Below the pieces are notes generated by a model. The model worked only from the letters and a program-made list of their open reading frames with translations. It was not told where the DNA came from and ran no database searches. DNA of 64,000 nt from an uncultured Gammaproteobacteria bacterium (GTDB lineage Bacteria > Patescibacteriota > Patescibacteriia > JACPHY01): assembly GCA_964585225.1 (NCBI GenBank), contig CAZPCZ010000001.1, forward strand, positions 6,018-70,017. Reading direction: 5' to 3'. Within the stretch, counting starts at the first letter, position 1; every line of letters starts with the position of its first letter. Made by a program: the position numbers and the translations under genes. Shown here in pieces: positions 18,916 through 28,095 of this stretch.

Positions 18916-20172
18916 TTATGCGACAGCTGCTTGCGCGGGGGTCGCCACCGTGTGCGGCCGCACTACTGGAACCGGCAACCCGTCCTCACCGTACGAACGT
19001 CCGACCCAGTAGTGGGAGAGCTCTGGCGCGTGCATGCGGAAGCCGGGACCCGATCCATCATCGGTCTCATCAAGCCGCCGGAGAAGATCCGCGACGATGC
19101 GCTCGGAGGCCTTGCCGTCGCCCATGGGATTCGGCCACGTCTTCCCGTAGAGCGCCTCGAATTTTGCGAGGACGAACTCGGGCGGATACTTCGCCGGCTC
19201 CGCAGGATCGAACTTCACGCTCGAGCCAACGTCGTACGTCTGCGGGCGTTCGGTCGCCTTCCGCATCTGGAGGGACGGCACCTGGAGCACGCACGTCTCC
19301 TCGACGACCGTACCAGAATCCGTGATGACGCCGCGCGAGTTCACCATGAGCGCAACGAACTCGAAGTATCCGATGGGGTCCACCATGATGACGTTCTTCG
19401 GGAGCGTAAGCCCGTACTCCTGGAGCACCTTCTGCGTGCGGTAGCTCGCGGGGAAGTACACCGTCCGATCCGTGTGTCCGATGAGCTTCAGAATCGCCTC
19501 GAAGGATGAGCGGATGTGCACGTTCTCGCGCCGATGGCACGTCATGAGGTAGTACTCCCCCCTCGTGACACCACGAGGCGCGAAGAACGCCGGCGTTGCG
19601 AGCGCATCGAACTGCGCTTTCCGATCGAAGTAGTACGTCTGGAGAATCTCCACGATTGGATTGCCGTACGTGACGACGATGCTCTTTGGATTGAGCCCGC
19701 CGACCATCCCCTGGAGCTTGTACTCCGGGAAGTACGTGTAGATGACATCGGACATCTGGTCAATGAGGCGTCGGTACTTATCCTCCGGCATGCGCCAATC
19801 GTACGAATGCCAGCACCCCTCGAAATGCACGATCGGAATGTTGAGCTGGCACGCGGCAATGCACCCGACGATCGTATTCGTATCTCCGAGGAACATGACC
19901 GCATCGGGCTTGAGATCCTGGAGCACGGGCGAGAGCTTCTGGATCATCGCGCCCGCGATCTCTGCATCGGTCGTACCGGACACGCCGAGCTCGAGGTCGG
20001 GCTTCGCCACGCCGAGCTCGCGGAAGAAAATGTCCTTCAAGTTGTCCGAGTAGTGCTGTCCGGACCAGATGAACGTAATGCGATGCTTCCGCTGGGCGCG
20101 GAGCGCGTTCAAGACGAGCGATGCGCGGATGACATCTGGACGGATACCGAGCACGATTGCGAGGTGAGCCAT
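18916..20172 (-). CDS. UDP-GlcNAc 2-epimerase family protein (WecB/FnlC-like, divergent)
   Basis: GIRPD, SGQHY, GDTNT, TCHRRENV, ITDSGTVVEE, TERP, GDGKASERI. Confidence 0.88.
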   Translation of the reverse strand: MAHLAIVLGIRPDVIRASLVLNALRAQRKHRITFIWSGQHYSDNLKDIFFRELGVAKPDLELGVSGTTDAEIAGAMIQKLSPVLQDLKPDAVMFLGDTNTIVGCIAACQLNIPIVHFEGCWHSYDWRMPEDKYRRLIDQMSDVIYTYFPEYKLQGMVGGLNPKSIVVTYGNPIVEILQTYYFDRKAQFDALATPAFFAPRGVTRGEYYLMTCHRRENVHIRSSFEAILKLIGHTDRTVYFPASYRTQKVLQEYGLTLPKNVIMVDPIGYFEFVALMVNSRGVITDSGTVVEETCVLQVPSLQMRKATERPQTYDVGSSVKFDPAEPAKYPPEFVLAKFEALYGKTWPNPMGDGKASERIVADLLRRLDETDDGSGPGFRMHAPELSHYWVGRSYGEDGLPVPVVRPHTVATPAQAAVA

Positions 20173-20175
20173 AGC

Positions 20176-20210
20176 AAAGCTGCGAGCTGAGAGCTGCAAG
20201 CTACAAGCGA
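20176..20210. repeat. degenerate heptamer array (nnAGCTG)x5 immediately upstream of the epimerase start
   Basis: AAAGCTG CGAGCTG AGAGCTG CAAGCTA CAAGCGA on the + strand. Confidence 0.75.
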
Positions 20211-20226
20211 GATTGGTCGTATCCTC

Positions 20227-20255
20227 ATTGCACCGCGTACATGCGGCACTGTCAA
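20227..20255 (-). promoter_or_regulatory. sigma70-type internal promoter
   Basis: TTGACA-N17-TGCAAT in the intergenic gap upstream of the 2-epimerase. Confidence 0.65.
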
Positions 20256-20266
20256 CGCGCGCCTAA

Positions 20267-21199
20267 TCATACCGTTGCGGCTGCGCACGCGCGGAGCGCT
20301 TCTGCGATCGGACGGTCGGTGCCGAATGCCGTCACGAGATCCGATCGCATCGCGAGTACGCGTTGTATGGGAGCCACATGCACGATCGGCCGTACGGTCA
20401 TCCGTTTCCCAAGTGCCTCCGCGATTGCCGTGACGAGCTCTGCCTTCGTGCATGGTACATTCGGCGCGAAGTGGAGCACGTGCGATGTTGCGCGCAGACC
20501 ATCGAATCGGTCCTCCGCGATAATCCAACGACAGAACTCCGCGAATTGGAGCGTCGTCACGCCATGCCAAATGTGATTCGTATACCCGTCGATCGTCGTA
20601 CCTTCAGGTTGTGCGGCGACCCACTCCCAAAGCCCCTCTCGTTTGTACGGACTCGGACCAATGATGGAGCACCGAACATTGAGGGCATTCGGCGCTCGAC
20701 CTTCGCCGAGAAGCTTGGTGCGGCCGTACGTGTCCGTCGCATCCGGCGGGTCGGCCTCGGTATATGCACGTATGCCCACCCCCTCTCGCTCCCCCTCCCG
20801 AGGGGAGGGGGAGAAACTCGAACCGCAAAATACTCCGTCGGTCGACATGTGGATCACGTTGACCCCGCGCTGTGCCGCTGATGCCGCGAGCACGTGTGGA
20901 AATTCCGCGTTCACGCGGATCGCTCGCGCGACTGATGCGGGGTCACTCTCATCAACATGCCGCGCGGTGACGCCGATGCAATTGATGACGAAATCAGTGC
21001 GCGCGAGGAGCTGCTCCAATGTCGTTCGGTGTGAGATTTCTCGCTCGTCGCTCGAAATGACACCAGGGGGAAAAGCGACCGCATCGAATACGTCCCGCCC
21101 CACACCCCGAATCGTAAACCGCGCATCCGAGGCCAAAACATGCTCGACCATGTGGCCGAGCATGCCGCGGTTACCGAGGATGAGGACACGATATGCCAT
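20267..21199 (-). CDS. RmlD/WbjC-like NDP-4-ketosugar reductase with two in-frame repeat insertions
   Basis: LGNRGMLG, INCIG, NAEFPH, HMSTDGVF, YGRTK, RCSIIG, WHGVTTLQFA. Confidence 0.9.
   Translation of the reverse strand: MAYRVLILGNRGMLGHMVEHVLASDARFTIRGVGRDVFDAVAFPPGVISSDEREISHRTTLEQLLARTDFVINCIGVTARHVDESDPASVARAIRVNAEFPHVLAASAAQRGVNVIHMSTDGVFCGSSFSPSPREGEREGVGIRAYTEADPPDATDTYGRTKLLGEGRAPNALNVRCSIIGPSPYKREGLWEWVAAQPEGTTIDGYTNHIWHGVTTLQFAEFCRWIIAEDRFDGLRATSHVLHFAPNVPCTKAELVTAIAEALGKRMTVRPIVHVAPIQRVLAMRSDLVTAFGTDRPIAEALRACAAATV
20774..20816 (-). repeat. CTCCCCCT..GAGGGGGAG palindromic repeat, copy 4 (in frame in the reductase)
   Basis: Encodes FSPSPREGEREGVG; nearly identical to intergenic 5132-5173. 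Confidence 0.9.
21028..21064 (-). repeat. TCATnnnGAGCGA..AGCGAnnnATCTC-type repeat in frame in the reductase
   Basis: GGTGTCATTTCGAGCGACGAGCGAGAAATCTCACACC encodes GVISSDEREISH; same architecture as the arms at 61762-61876. Confidence 0.75.
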
Positions 21200-21200
21200 G

Positions 21201-22514
21201 TCACGCGGTCAAAATTTCCGCACCAACGACCTTGACGTCCGGAAGCGGCACGATGAATTTTCCGCCCGCGTGGAGGTAGTCCGCACGTTTGCTCACGACT
21301 TCCTTCATGAAACTCCAGGCGAAGAGAAGCGCGTAGTCCGGACGCGGACCTTCCTCGACGCGCGACCATGGATGGATCGGCACGTGCGTACCGGGTGTTG
21401 CGAATCCGTGCTTCGCGGGTGCGTCGTCTACGACGTAATCGAGGTACTTCCCGTCAATGCCGCAGTAGTTCATGATCGTCGTGCCGCGTCCCGATGCGCC
21501 GTACCCGATGATCGTCTTGCCCTGCGCCTTGAGCGTATCGAGGAGCGCCATGAGATCCGTCCGCGTCTTTGCGATGCGATCGCCGTACGCTTGGAAGGTC
21601 TCCGCGCGGTCGTATCCGCGCTCGCGCTCCTGCTGCTCCATCGCGCGCACGCTCTCGGAAATCGGCTCTGAACGCTGGCCGACGCGCCGCGCGTAGAATC
21701 GTACCGCGCCGGAACGAACACCTGGCGTGAAGTACACATCGAACACTTCCATCCCGTAGCGCGCGAGGAAGTTCCGAATCGCGGAAAGTGAATAGTATGA
21801 ACAGTGCTCGTGGTACACCATGTCGTACTGCATCTCCTCCATCAGCGTCCCGACGTAGTACACCTCGAACACGAGTACGCCGTCTGGCTTCAGGATCGTA
21901 CCCACACCGTCCATGACGCTCCGCATGTCATCAATGTGCGCGAATGAGTAGCTCGTGGTGATTGCGTCGAACTGGCCGAATTGCGTCTTCACGAGCCGCG
22001 CCGCCTCACGCCCGAAAAAACCATCGATGATAGTGAAACCGTCTTGCGCCACCGATGCAACGACGTTCGATGCGGGATCCATACCGATCGCGCGTACACC
22101 GAGCTGGGCGAAGGGCTTGAGCATGACGCCATCGTTGCAGCCGATCTCGAATACCGATGGATCGGTGCGGCCAGTCAGGAACCGATCGTGGACGTCCTTC
22201 GCGAAATCCGCGCAGTGCGTAACGAGCGTCTGGATCTTTGATGAAAAGTAGAAGTAGTTCTTGAAGAGCACCTCGCCCGCGACCGCGTTCGTCACCTGAA
22301 CGAGTGTGCAATCGCTGCAAAACTTCAGATCGAGCGGGTAGTACTGCTCTCCTACGAACTGCTCGGGTTTCAGGAAGCCGCCTGCGAGCGGAACGTCGCC
22401 GAAGTCGAGCACACGCTCAAGCCGCTGGCCGTCGCAAAAACGACAGGTGGCATGCGGCATGAATTCACCGATCCGACGTTCGGTGGTGCGGACAGGGGTT
22501 GCGGTCATCGTCAT
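21201..22514 (-). CDS. NDP-hexose C-methyltransferase (TcaB9/EryBIII/NovU-like)
   Basis: CRFC...CSDC zinc motif, EIGCNDG, YHEHCSYYS, GYGASGRG, PGTHIP-like motif, LLFAW, GGKFIVPLP; ATGA overlap at the start. Confidence 0.92.
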   Translation of the reverse strand: MTMTATPVRTTERRIGEFMPHATCRFCDGQRLERVLDFGDVPLAGGFLKPEQFVGEQYYPLDLKFCSDCTLVQVTNAVAGEVLFKNYFYFSSKIQTLVTHCADFAKDVHDRFLTGRTDPSVFEIGCNDGVMLKPFAQLGVRAIGMDPASNVVASVAQDGFTIIDGFFGREAARLVKTQFGQFDAITTSYSFAHIDDMRSVMDGVGTILKPDGVLVFEVYYVGTLMEEMQYDMVYHEHCSYYSLSAIRNFLARYGMEVFDVYFTPGVRSGAVRFYARRVGQRSEPISESVRAMEQQERERGYDRAETFQAYGDRIAKTRTDLMALLDTLKAQGKTIIGYGASGRGTTIMNYCGIDGKYLDYVVDDAPAKHGFATPGTHVPIHPWSRVEEGPRPDYALLFAWSFMKEVVSKRADYLHAGGKFIVPLPDVKVVGAEILTA

Positions 22515-23275
22515 ACGGCGGTCGTGTGTTCCGGTACGCGGTACGGGATGCGAGACGCGTTCCGCGCGTGAGTAAAATACTGTCGCCAAGTTCGAAATCC
22601 GTACGAGAGGTGCGAACGACCATCCTCCGGTCCACGACTCGTGAGCGTGTATGGGATCTCGCAAAACGTCGCGCCGAGTCGCTTCGCTTCGCAGAGCTCC
22701 TCGAGAATCATCGCGAATCCATGCTCGGTGAGCCGCATGTTCCGGAGGAGGTCCGTCCGCACTGCACGAAACCCATTCGTGTGATCACGGATCGGGAGTT
22801 GGTAGAACGTGCGGGCAACACCGTTCCCGACACGGGAAAGCAGCTGGTGGCGCCAAGGCACGCCGACGACCGCGCTCCCCGCAGCATACCGAGATGCCTT
22901 GATGTACGCCCATCCTTCATTCATCTTCTCGTAGAATAGCGTCAGGTATCGCGGATGATTCGTCAAATCACTGTCCATGAAGAGCGCATAGTCGAACCCC
23001 CCATCGATCGCGAATCGCGCACCTGAGCGGAGTGCGGCGCCATACCCCCGATTCACCTCATGGTGCACGACGCGAAATCGTTCATCGTGGAGCTCCTCTG
23101 CGAGCCGTACAAGGATCTTCGGCGTCGCATCGTGGGAGCCATCGTTCACGACACAGAGCGTCGTCTCGTACGGGAGTGCACCAAGATGCGCGTGAACCGT
23201 CCGCACGCTCCGCTCCGCGACTGCCTCCTCGTCATGCATGGGGATCACGATGCACACGCGCATACGGTCGCTCAC
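22511..23275 (-). CDS. GT2 polyprenyl-phosphate glycosyltransferase (Dpm1-like)
   Basis: IPMHDE, VNDGSHD, NRGYGAA, FMDSDLT, ASRY, DHTNGFRA. Confidence 0.9.
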   Translation of the reverse strand: MSDRMRVCIVIPMHDEEAVAERSVRTVHAHLGALPYETTLCVVNDGSHDATPKILVRLAEELHDERFRVVHHEVNRGYGAALRSGARFAIDGGFDYALFMDSDLTNHPRYLTLFYEKMNEGWAYIKASRYAAGSAVVGVPWRHQLLSRVGNGVARTFYQLPIRDHTNGFRAVRTDLLRNMRLTEHGFAMILEELCEAKRLGATFCEIPYTLTSRGPEDGRSHLSYGFRTWRQYFTHARNASRIPYRVPEHTTAV

Positions 23276-24135
23276 TGAGGAAACGCGAGGACATTACGAC
23301 TCCCTCCTACGGGAATCGTCGCTGCGAGATCGGCGACATTGCGCGGGAGTGGCACGCCGTGCAGATCGGTGAACGTATAGCCGTGCGCGTGAAAGATTCC
23401 GACAAGCTCACTGAGTGATGCCCCATGCTCTTCGAGGCCGTACGGGAGGAGCTCCATAATGAAGCGTGGCCGATGCTGCTCGAGCAGATGCTTGGCCCCG
23501 GAGAGTACGGCACACTCGACGCCGTCAATATCCATTTTCACGAAATGCACCTTCGGGATGGCGAGTCGTTCGAGCAGCGCGTCGATGGTCACGCGCTCCG
23601 CCCCCTCTATTGATGCTCGTTGCCCTCGATGGATGGGATGGAGGTCCTCCGCTCTCCGGAGCGGCCAACTCGAGAACAGTCCTCCGGAAGGTGTCGCCGA
23701 GCGTTTGTCGCCTGACCCGATCAAGTACGCCTGCACCGCCTGTACGCGATCGCAAATACTTGGATTCGCAGCGACATTCTTCGTGAGCTTTCGAAATGCG
23801 GAAGTGGTTGGCTCAATGGCGATCACGCGTCCCTCCGCACCGACGCAGCGCGCCATGGGCAGCGTGTGCGCACCGACGTGCGCTCCGATATCGAGTACGA
23901 CGTCACCCGGTCGCAGGACGCGCGTGTACGCTCGCATTGTTTCGCGTTCGAACGCGCCGAGGAGATAGATAGTGAACTCGATGCCCTCTCCGAGATCGAG
24001 CTCCCACGTGAATCCGTTTCGTCGAACACGGACGACGTCGCCGAACCCCGCCACGCGACGCGCGAACGAGATCGGCACGTACGCCGATCGCGCGATCGCA
24101 AGTTTCGTTTTCGTGTTCATGCGCACACGCGTCAT
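23272..24135 (-). CDS. FkbM family methyltransferase
   Basis: LDIGAHVG, AIEP, VKMDIDGVE; ATGA overlap. Confidence 0.88.
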   Translation of the reverse strand: MTRVRMNTKTKLAIARSAYVPISFARRVAGFGDVVRVRRNGFTWELDLGEGIEFTIYLLGAFERETMRAYTRVLRPGDVVLDIGAHVGAHTLPMARCVGAEGRVIAIEPTTSAFRKLTKNVAANPSICDRVQAVQAYLIGSGDKRSATPSGGLFSSWPLRRAEDLHPIHRGQRASIEGAERVTIDALLERLAIPKVHFVKMDIDGVECAVLSGAKHLLEQHRPRFIMELLPYGLEEHGASLSELVGIFHAHGYTFTDLHGVPLPRNVADLAATIPVGGSRNVLAFPQ

Positions 24136-25556
24136 AGCACTCGTCGCCGCAATCGGAACGTCCAAAGGAAGGAGCCCCCATACGCCGCGAGCACGTAGAG
24201 CATCGGCATGAGCGGTGGTCGGTATCTTGGGGTAGCAACGGGAGTGGATACGAACACGACGTAGAGTACCACTGCGAGTAATACGGACAACATCCAGCGA
24301 TCGCTCCGATTTCGGAGCATACGCATGACGCCGATGCACGCGAAGCCCAGTAGCGCGAGCATGAATACCTTCAGTAGCCAGTAGATCGCAACGTAAAGGT
24401 ACCGACCTTCGGACCAGAGCGCGGGGAGCAGCGTACGATGGCCTGTAATGGCCCCGGAGGTGAACCCGCGAATAATATCCTCCACGCGCCCCTTGGGAAA
24501 AAAGTAGTACGGAGGAAGCGTCCCAAACAGCAGCGACGGCACATCGAGCAATTTCACGACGAGATACGTGAATGGATGATCGAGTACAATCCTGCGCCCC
24601 ACCGCATATTGGTAATCGCTCTTCTCCGCTACAGATGCACGCTCGGCGGCATTCGGTGGAAGGACGGCGGCCATTTCCTGTTCGATCTCCAGATTCGAGA
24701 CCCCTCGAATGCGGGCAAGGGTATGCGCCGCATGGTACTGCAGCATCACCTCACCGGATTGCGAACTGAATGAAGAAGTGCCCACCACATACCAATTCCT
24801 CACTTTCCAACCGCCAAAAAAGGCAAACACGATCGCGAAAAAGATACCAACGTGCAGCAGCTTCGTACGGCGCGAGAGTGCACCATTCCGCAAGAGATAC
24901 AGCGCGAGTATGAAAAGGAGGGGCACCCAAAGCAAGTACACGGAAACCTTCGTCCATGTGCCCACCCCAAGCCAGAGCGCGGAAAGCAGCACGCCAGAAA
25001 TGAACTGTTGCGCCTTGAGGTATCGCATGAGATAGAAAATACCCATCGTACTGAAGAAGGCAGCCACGAAATCCGGGGTGTCATAATTCATGGCAACGGA
25101 AATCATGTAGACGTCCAGTGCCGCCAAGAGCGCTGCGGCGTATCCGAGGCCCGGACCCCACAGGCGACCGATGCGATAGGTAAAGTACACCACTCCAATA
25201 GCCATGCACCATGTCATAAACCGCACGACATCGAGCGCGAGCGTGGTATCCCCAAACACGAGGAAGCTCGAGAAGAGCATGAAGGGATACACCGGCGGGA
25301 AACGCGAGGTCGAGAGCAACGCGCCTGTCTCGCTCACTTCGCCAACAGAAAAAAGTCTGTCGTAATAGAGGTGGCGAGCAGCTTCGACGTAAGAAAGGGA
25401 ACCCCCAGCGTGAGAGAGCAACTCTTGGCCATAGTTCTTCAACCAAAACACGAACAGAAGGCCCCAGACGAGCACGACGCACGCCCAGAACAAGGTGCTG
25501 GGTCTCCACGTCGCTCGGAGAAGTGGTGCGATTCGCCGTGCGTCCATACTGGACAT
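24132..25556 (-). CDS. GT-C (ArnT/GT39-like) membrane glycosyltransferase, paralogue A
   Basis: Polytopic; PPVYP, GGWKVRN, PRYR; shares long motifs with 41237..42631. Confidence 0.75.
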   Translation of the reverse strand: MSSMDARRIAPLLRATWRPSTLFWACVVLVWGLLFVFWLKNYGQELLSHAGGSLSYVEAARHLYYDRLFSVGEVSETGALLSTSRFPPVYPFMLFSSFLVFGDTTLALDVVRFMTWCMAIGVVYFTYRIGRLWGPGLGYAAALLAALDVYMISVAMNYDTPDFVAAFFSTMGIFYLMRYLKAQQFISGVLLSALWLGVGTWTKVSVYLLWVPLLFILALYLLRNGALSRRTKLLHVGIFFAIVFAFFGGWKVRNWYVVGTSSFSSQSGEVMLQYHAAHTLARIRGVSNLEIEQEMAAVLPPNAAERASVAEKSDYQYAVGRRIVLDHPFTYLVVKLLDVPSLLFGTLPPYYFFPKGRVEDIIRGFTSGAITGHRTLLPALWSEGRYLYVAIYWLLKVFMLALLGFACIGVMRMLRNRSDRWMLSVLLAVVLYVVFVSTPVATPRYRPPLMPMLYVLAAYGGSFLWTFRLRRRVL

Positions 25557-25559
25557 TCC

Positions 25560-26987
25560 TCACGAACGGAGATCCCACCACATGCGCATGACCGCACGGG
25601 TGAACCGCCACCCTTCTCGAAACCGAAGCATCTTCGACTCACCGAATGTCCGCGCGAGGTAGTGCACGGGTACCTCGACCATCTTCAAGCTCAGCGCCGC
25701 CGCGCCGAAGAAGAGCGCGAGATCACCGTAGCGATCGAGCTGCGCCAGCTTCGATGGGATCGACATGCGCTCGAAGTCGCGCTGAAAGAGCACTTTTGTT
25801 CCGCAGAATGCATCGGTTGCGTGCTGTCCCGTCACGCGAGCAACCGCCGAACCAAAACGACGGTTCATAAAGACATTAAGGGGCTGCATCGCGCCGCGCT
25901 CCATGGGGTAGATAAGCCGCGAGCCGTACAAGAATTCGCCGCGCCGTGTACTGATGGTGTCGTAGAATGTACGCAGCGCTGCGGGATCGACGCTCGCATC
26001 TGCATCGAGCACCATGAGGATGTCTCCGTTCGCTTGCGCGAAGCCCGTCCGGACTGCGTCCCATTTTCCTCGTCCACCCTGCACCACGCAGCGCACGTTC
26101 CGTTTCCCCGCGTACTCCGCGACGACGCGCTGAATCTCTTCCCGTGTTCCATCTGTGGAGTGCCCCTCCACGAAGAGGATCTCGGTCGCGCTCCCCAGCG
26201 CCGGCACGCGTTGCACGATCTGCTCGATGTTCCCGCGCTCGTTCCGTGCGGGGATGATGACGCTCACTCGAAATCGCGCTCCCGCCGAATGGCGGGGTCG
26301 CAGCCGACACATGACGTACTCGATGACGCAGAACCGATTGATGATCGGAAGCGGAGCGAGCACGCGATTGGCGAAGGCGCTGAACCACGGAATGTACTTC
26401 GGGAAGAGCGTCCGTCTCCCGTGCTGGATGATCTCGAAATCCGCGAGCTGGAGCAGTCGCACCACGTCGTGGTGTCCAATCCAGTTCAGGAATGGGTGTG
26501 GCTGCTTGAGCCGGAGCGATGCTGCGAGCGTGAGGATCGGGGACCAGAGGCGATTGTACTTCGTCACGATGACGCGCGTGCGCTCATCACAGAGCGCGTG
26601 GATGTTCTTGAACGACGCGTGAATGTCGTCGAGGTACCCCACGAGGTCGGAGAGGATGACGTAGTCGAACGCCTTCGTAATTGGCGAGACCACGTCAATA
26701 TCGCCCTCGTAGAACTCAAGATGGGGGTATCGCTCCCGTGCGAGCCGCACGACCGTTGGCGAGCAATCAATGCCCGCGCCAACCTTCGGCTCCACTGTGT
26801 GGAGGAGTTCTGCGGTTCCACACCCAACCTCGCAAACGGTGCTCCCCTTCGGGATGAACGTCCGGAGGAGCCGCGTGAGCCCATGGTAGTAGTACGCATT
26901 CCGGCGATTCCATCGTGGAAGCTCTGGCGCGATCGCATCGAAATGCGCACGAAGCTGTGCTTTCCGCGACTGCGGTGCGTCGCTCAT
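25560..26987 (-). CDS. bifunctional SAM methyltransferase / GT2 glycosyltransferase
   Basis: N-terminal EVGCGTAE; C-terminal IIPARNERGNI, VEGHSTDGT, LDAD, GSRLIYP, FCGTK. Confidence 0.9.
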   Translation of the reverse strand: MSDAPQSRKAQLRAHFDAIAPELPRWNRRNAYYYHGLTRLLRTFIPKGSTVCEVGCGTAELLHTVEPKVGAGIDCSPTVVRLARERYPHLEFYEGDIDVVSPITKAFDYVILSDLVGYLDDIHASFKNIHALCDERTRVIVTKYNRLWSPILTLAASLRLKQPHPFLNWIGHHDVVRLLQLADFEIIQHGRRTLFPKYIPWFSAFANRVLAPLPIINRFCVIEYVMCRLRPRHSAGARFRVSVIIPARNERGNIEQIVQRVPALGSATEILFVEGHSTDGTREEIQRVVAEYAGKRNVRCVVQGGRGKWDAVRTGFAQANGDILMVLDADASVDPAALRTFYDTISTRRGEFLYGSRLIYPMERGAMQPLNVFMNRRFGSAVARVTGQHATDAFCGTKVLFQRDFERMSIPSKLAQLDRYGDLALFFGAAALSLKMVEVPVHYLARTFGESKMLRFREGWRFTRAVMRMWWDLRS

Positions 26988-27934
26988 ACGTTCGCCACGC
27001 GCGCGTTGGCTTCATACCACGCGATTGTTGCCCGGAGGCCATCCGCAAGCAACGTGCGGGCGACAAAGCCGCACTCGCGCTGTGCACGAGTCGCATCGAG
27101 GCATCGGCGTGGGAATCCTTCCGGTTTCGACGCATCCCATTGGATGGTGCCCGTGAACCCCATGATGGAACAGATGGTTCGGACGAGTGTTTCGATGGTC
27201 GTTTCCATTCCGGTCCCCAGATTCATCGGTGCGGGATCGTCGTAACGTTCCGTCGCGAGCACAATGCCCTCAGCCGCATCCTCCACGTACAGGAATTCAC
27301 GAGTCGCTTGCCCACTCCCCCATACAGACACCGCATCGTCTCCCTGCTGCTTGGCATCCGTGATTTTCCGGATGAGCGCGGGGACGACGTGCGATCGCTC
27401 GGGATCGAAGTGATCACCAGGACCGTAGAGGTTGACCGGCAGGAGATGGATGGCGTGGAACCCGTACTCGCGCCGGTACGCTTCCGCTTGGACGAGGAGC
27501 ATCTTCTTCGCGAGACCGTACGGTGCAGTCGCTGGAGCAGGATACCCATCCCAAAGGGATTCCTCCCGCAGTGGAATGGGAGTATGCTCCGGGTACTCGC
27601 ACGTCGTACCCACGACGATGAACCGCTCGACACTCGCATGACGCGCCGCCTCCATGAGCTGGAGCCCCATGATGGCGTTGTCGTAGAACAGTTGCCCGGG
27701 ATGCGCGACGTTGTACCCAATCCCTCCGACGTTCGCCGCGAGGTGGAGCACGACATCGTGGTCACGCACGACGTCCACACACGTCTCCCATCGACGGAGG
27801 TCATGCACCGCCGAACGTGGAACGGTGATCTGTGCGGGTGGGACGCCGATCGCGAGGAGGCGGCGGTGCACGGCACCACCGAGAAACCCGGTACCACCGG
27901 TGAGGAGGATGCGCTTACGCTTGAGATCAAGCAT
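26984..27934 (-). CDS. fcl: GDP-L-fucose synthase
   Basis: TGGTGFLG, HLAANVGGI, YGLAK, NLYGPGD, SHVVPALIRK, WGSG.ATREFLYVED. Confidence 0.93.
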   Translation of the reverse strand: MLDLKRKRILLTGGTGFLGGAVHRRLLAIGVPPAQITVPRSAVHDLRRWETCVDVVRDHDVVLHLAANVGGIGYNVAHPGQLFYDNAIMGLQLMEAARHASVERFIVVGTTCEYPEHTPIPLREESLWDGYPAPATAPYGLAKKMLLVQAEAYRREYGFHAIHLLPVNLYGPGDHFDPERSHVVPALIRKITDAKQQGDDAVSVWGSGQATREFLYVEDAAEGIVLATERYDDPAPMNLGTGMETTIETLVRTICSIMGFTGTIQWDASKPEGFPRRCLDATRAQRECGFVARTLLADGLRATIAWYEANARVANV

Positions 27935-27960
27935 ATCTATCACCAAACGTATCGAATCCC

Positions 27961-27989
27961 AGTGTCCCATGCGGGATATGAACGGTCAA
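27961..27989 (-). promoter_or_regulatory. putative internal promoter upstream of fcl
   Basis: TTGACC-N17-GACACT with TGn, just after a terminator. Confidence 0.45.
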
Positions 27990-28028
27990 TGCGCCCACGA
28001 AACCAAATACCCCGCTTGCAACCCGAAC

Positions 28029-28062
28029 AAAAAAACGCGCCCCGATGGACATCGCGACGCGC
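28029..28062 (-). terminator. intrinsic terminator after the gmd-cupin genes
   Basis: GC-rich imperfect stem followed by T7 on the minus strand. Confidence 0.7.
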
Positions 28063-28095
28063 CTCTACGACTCCACTCTTCGCTTGGAACGGTGC

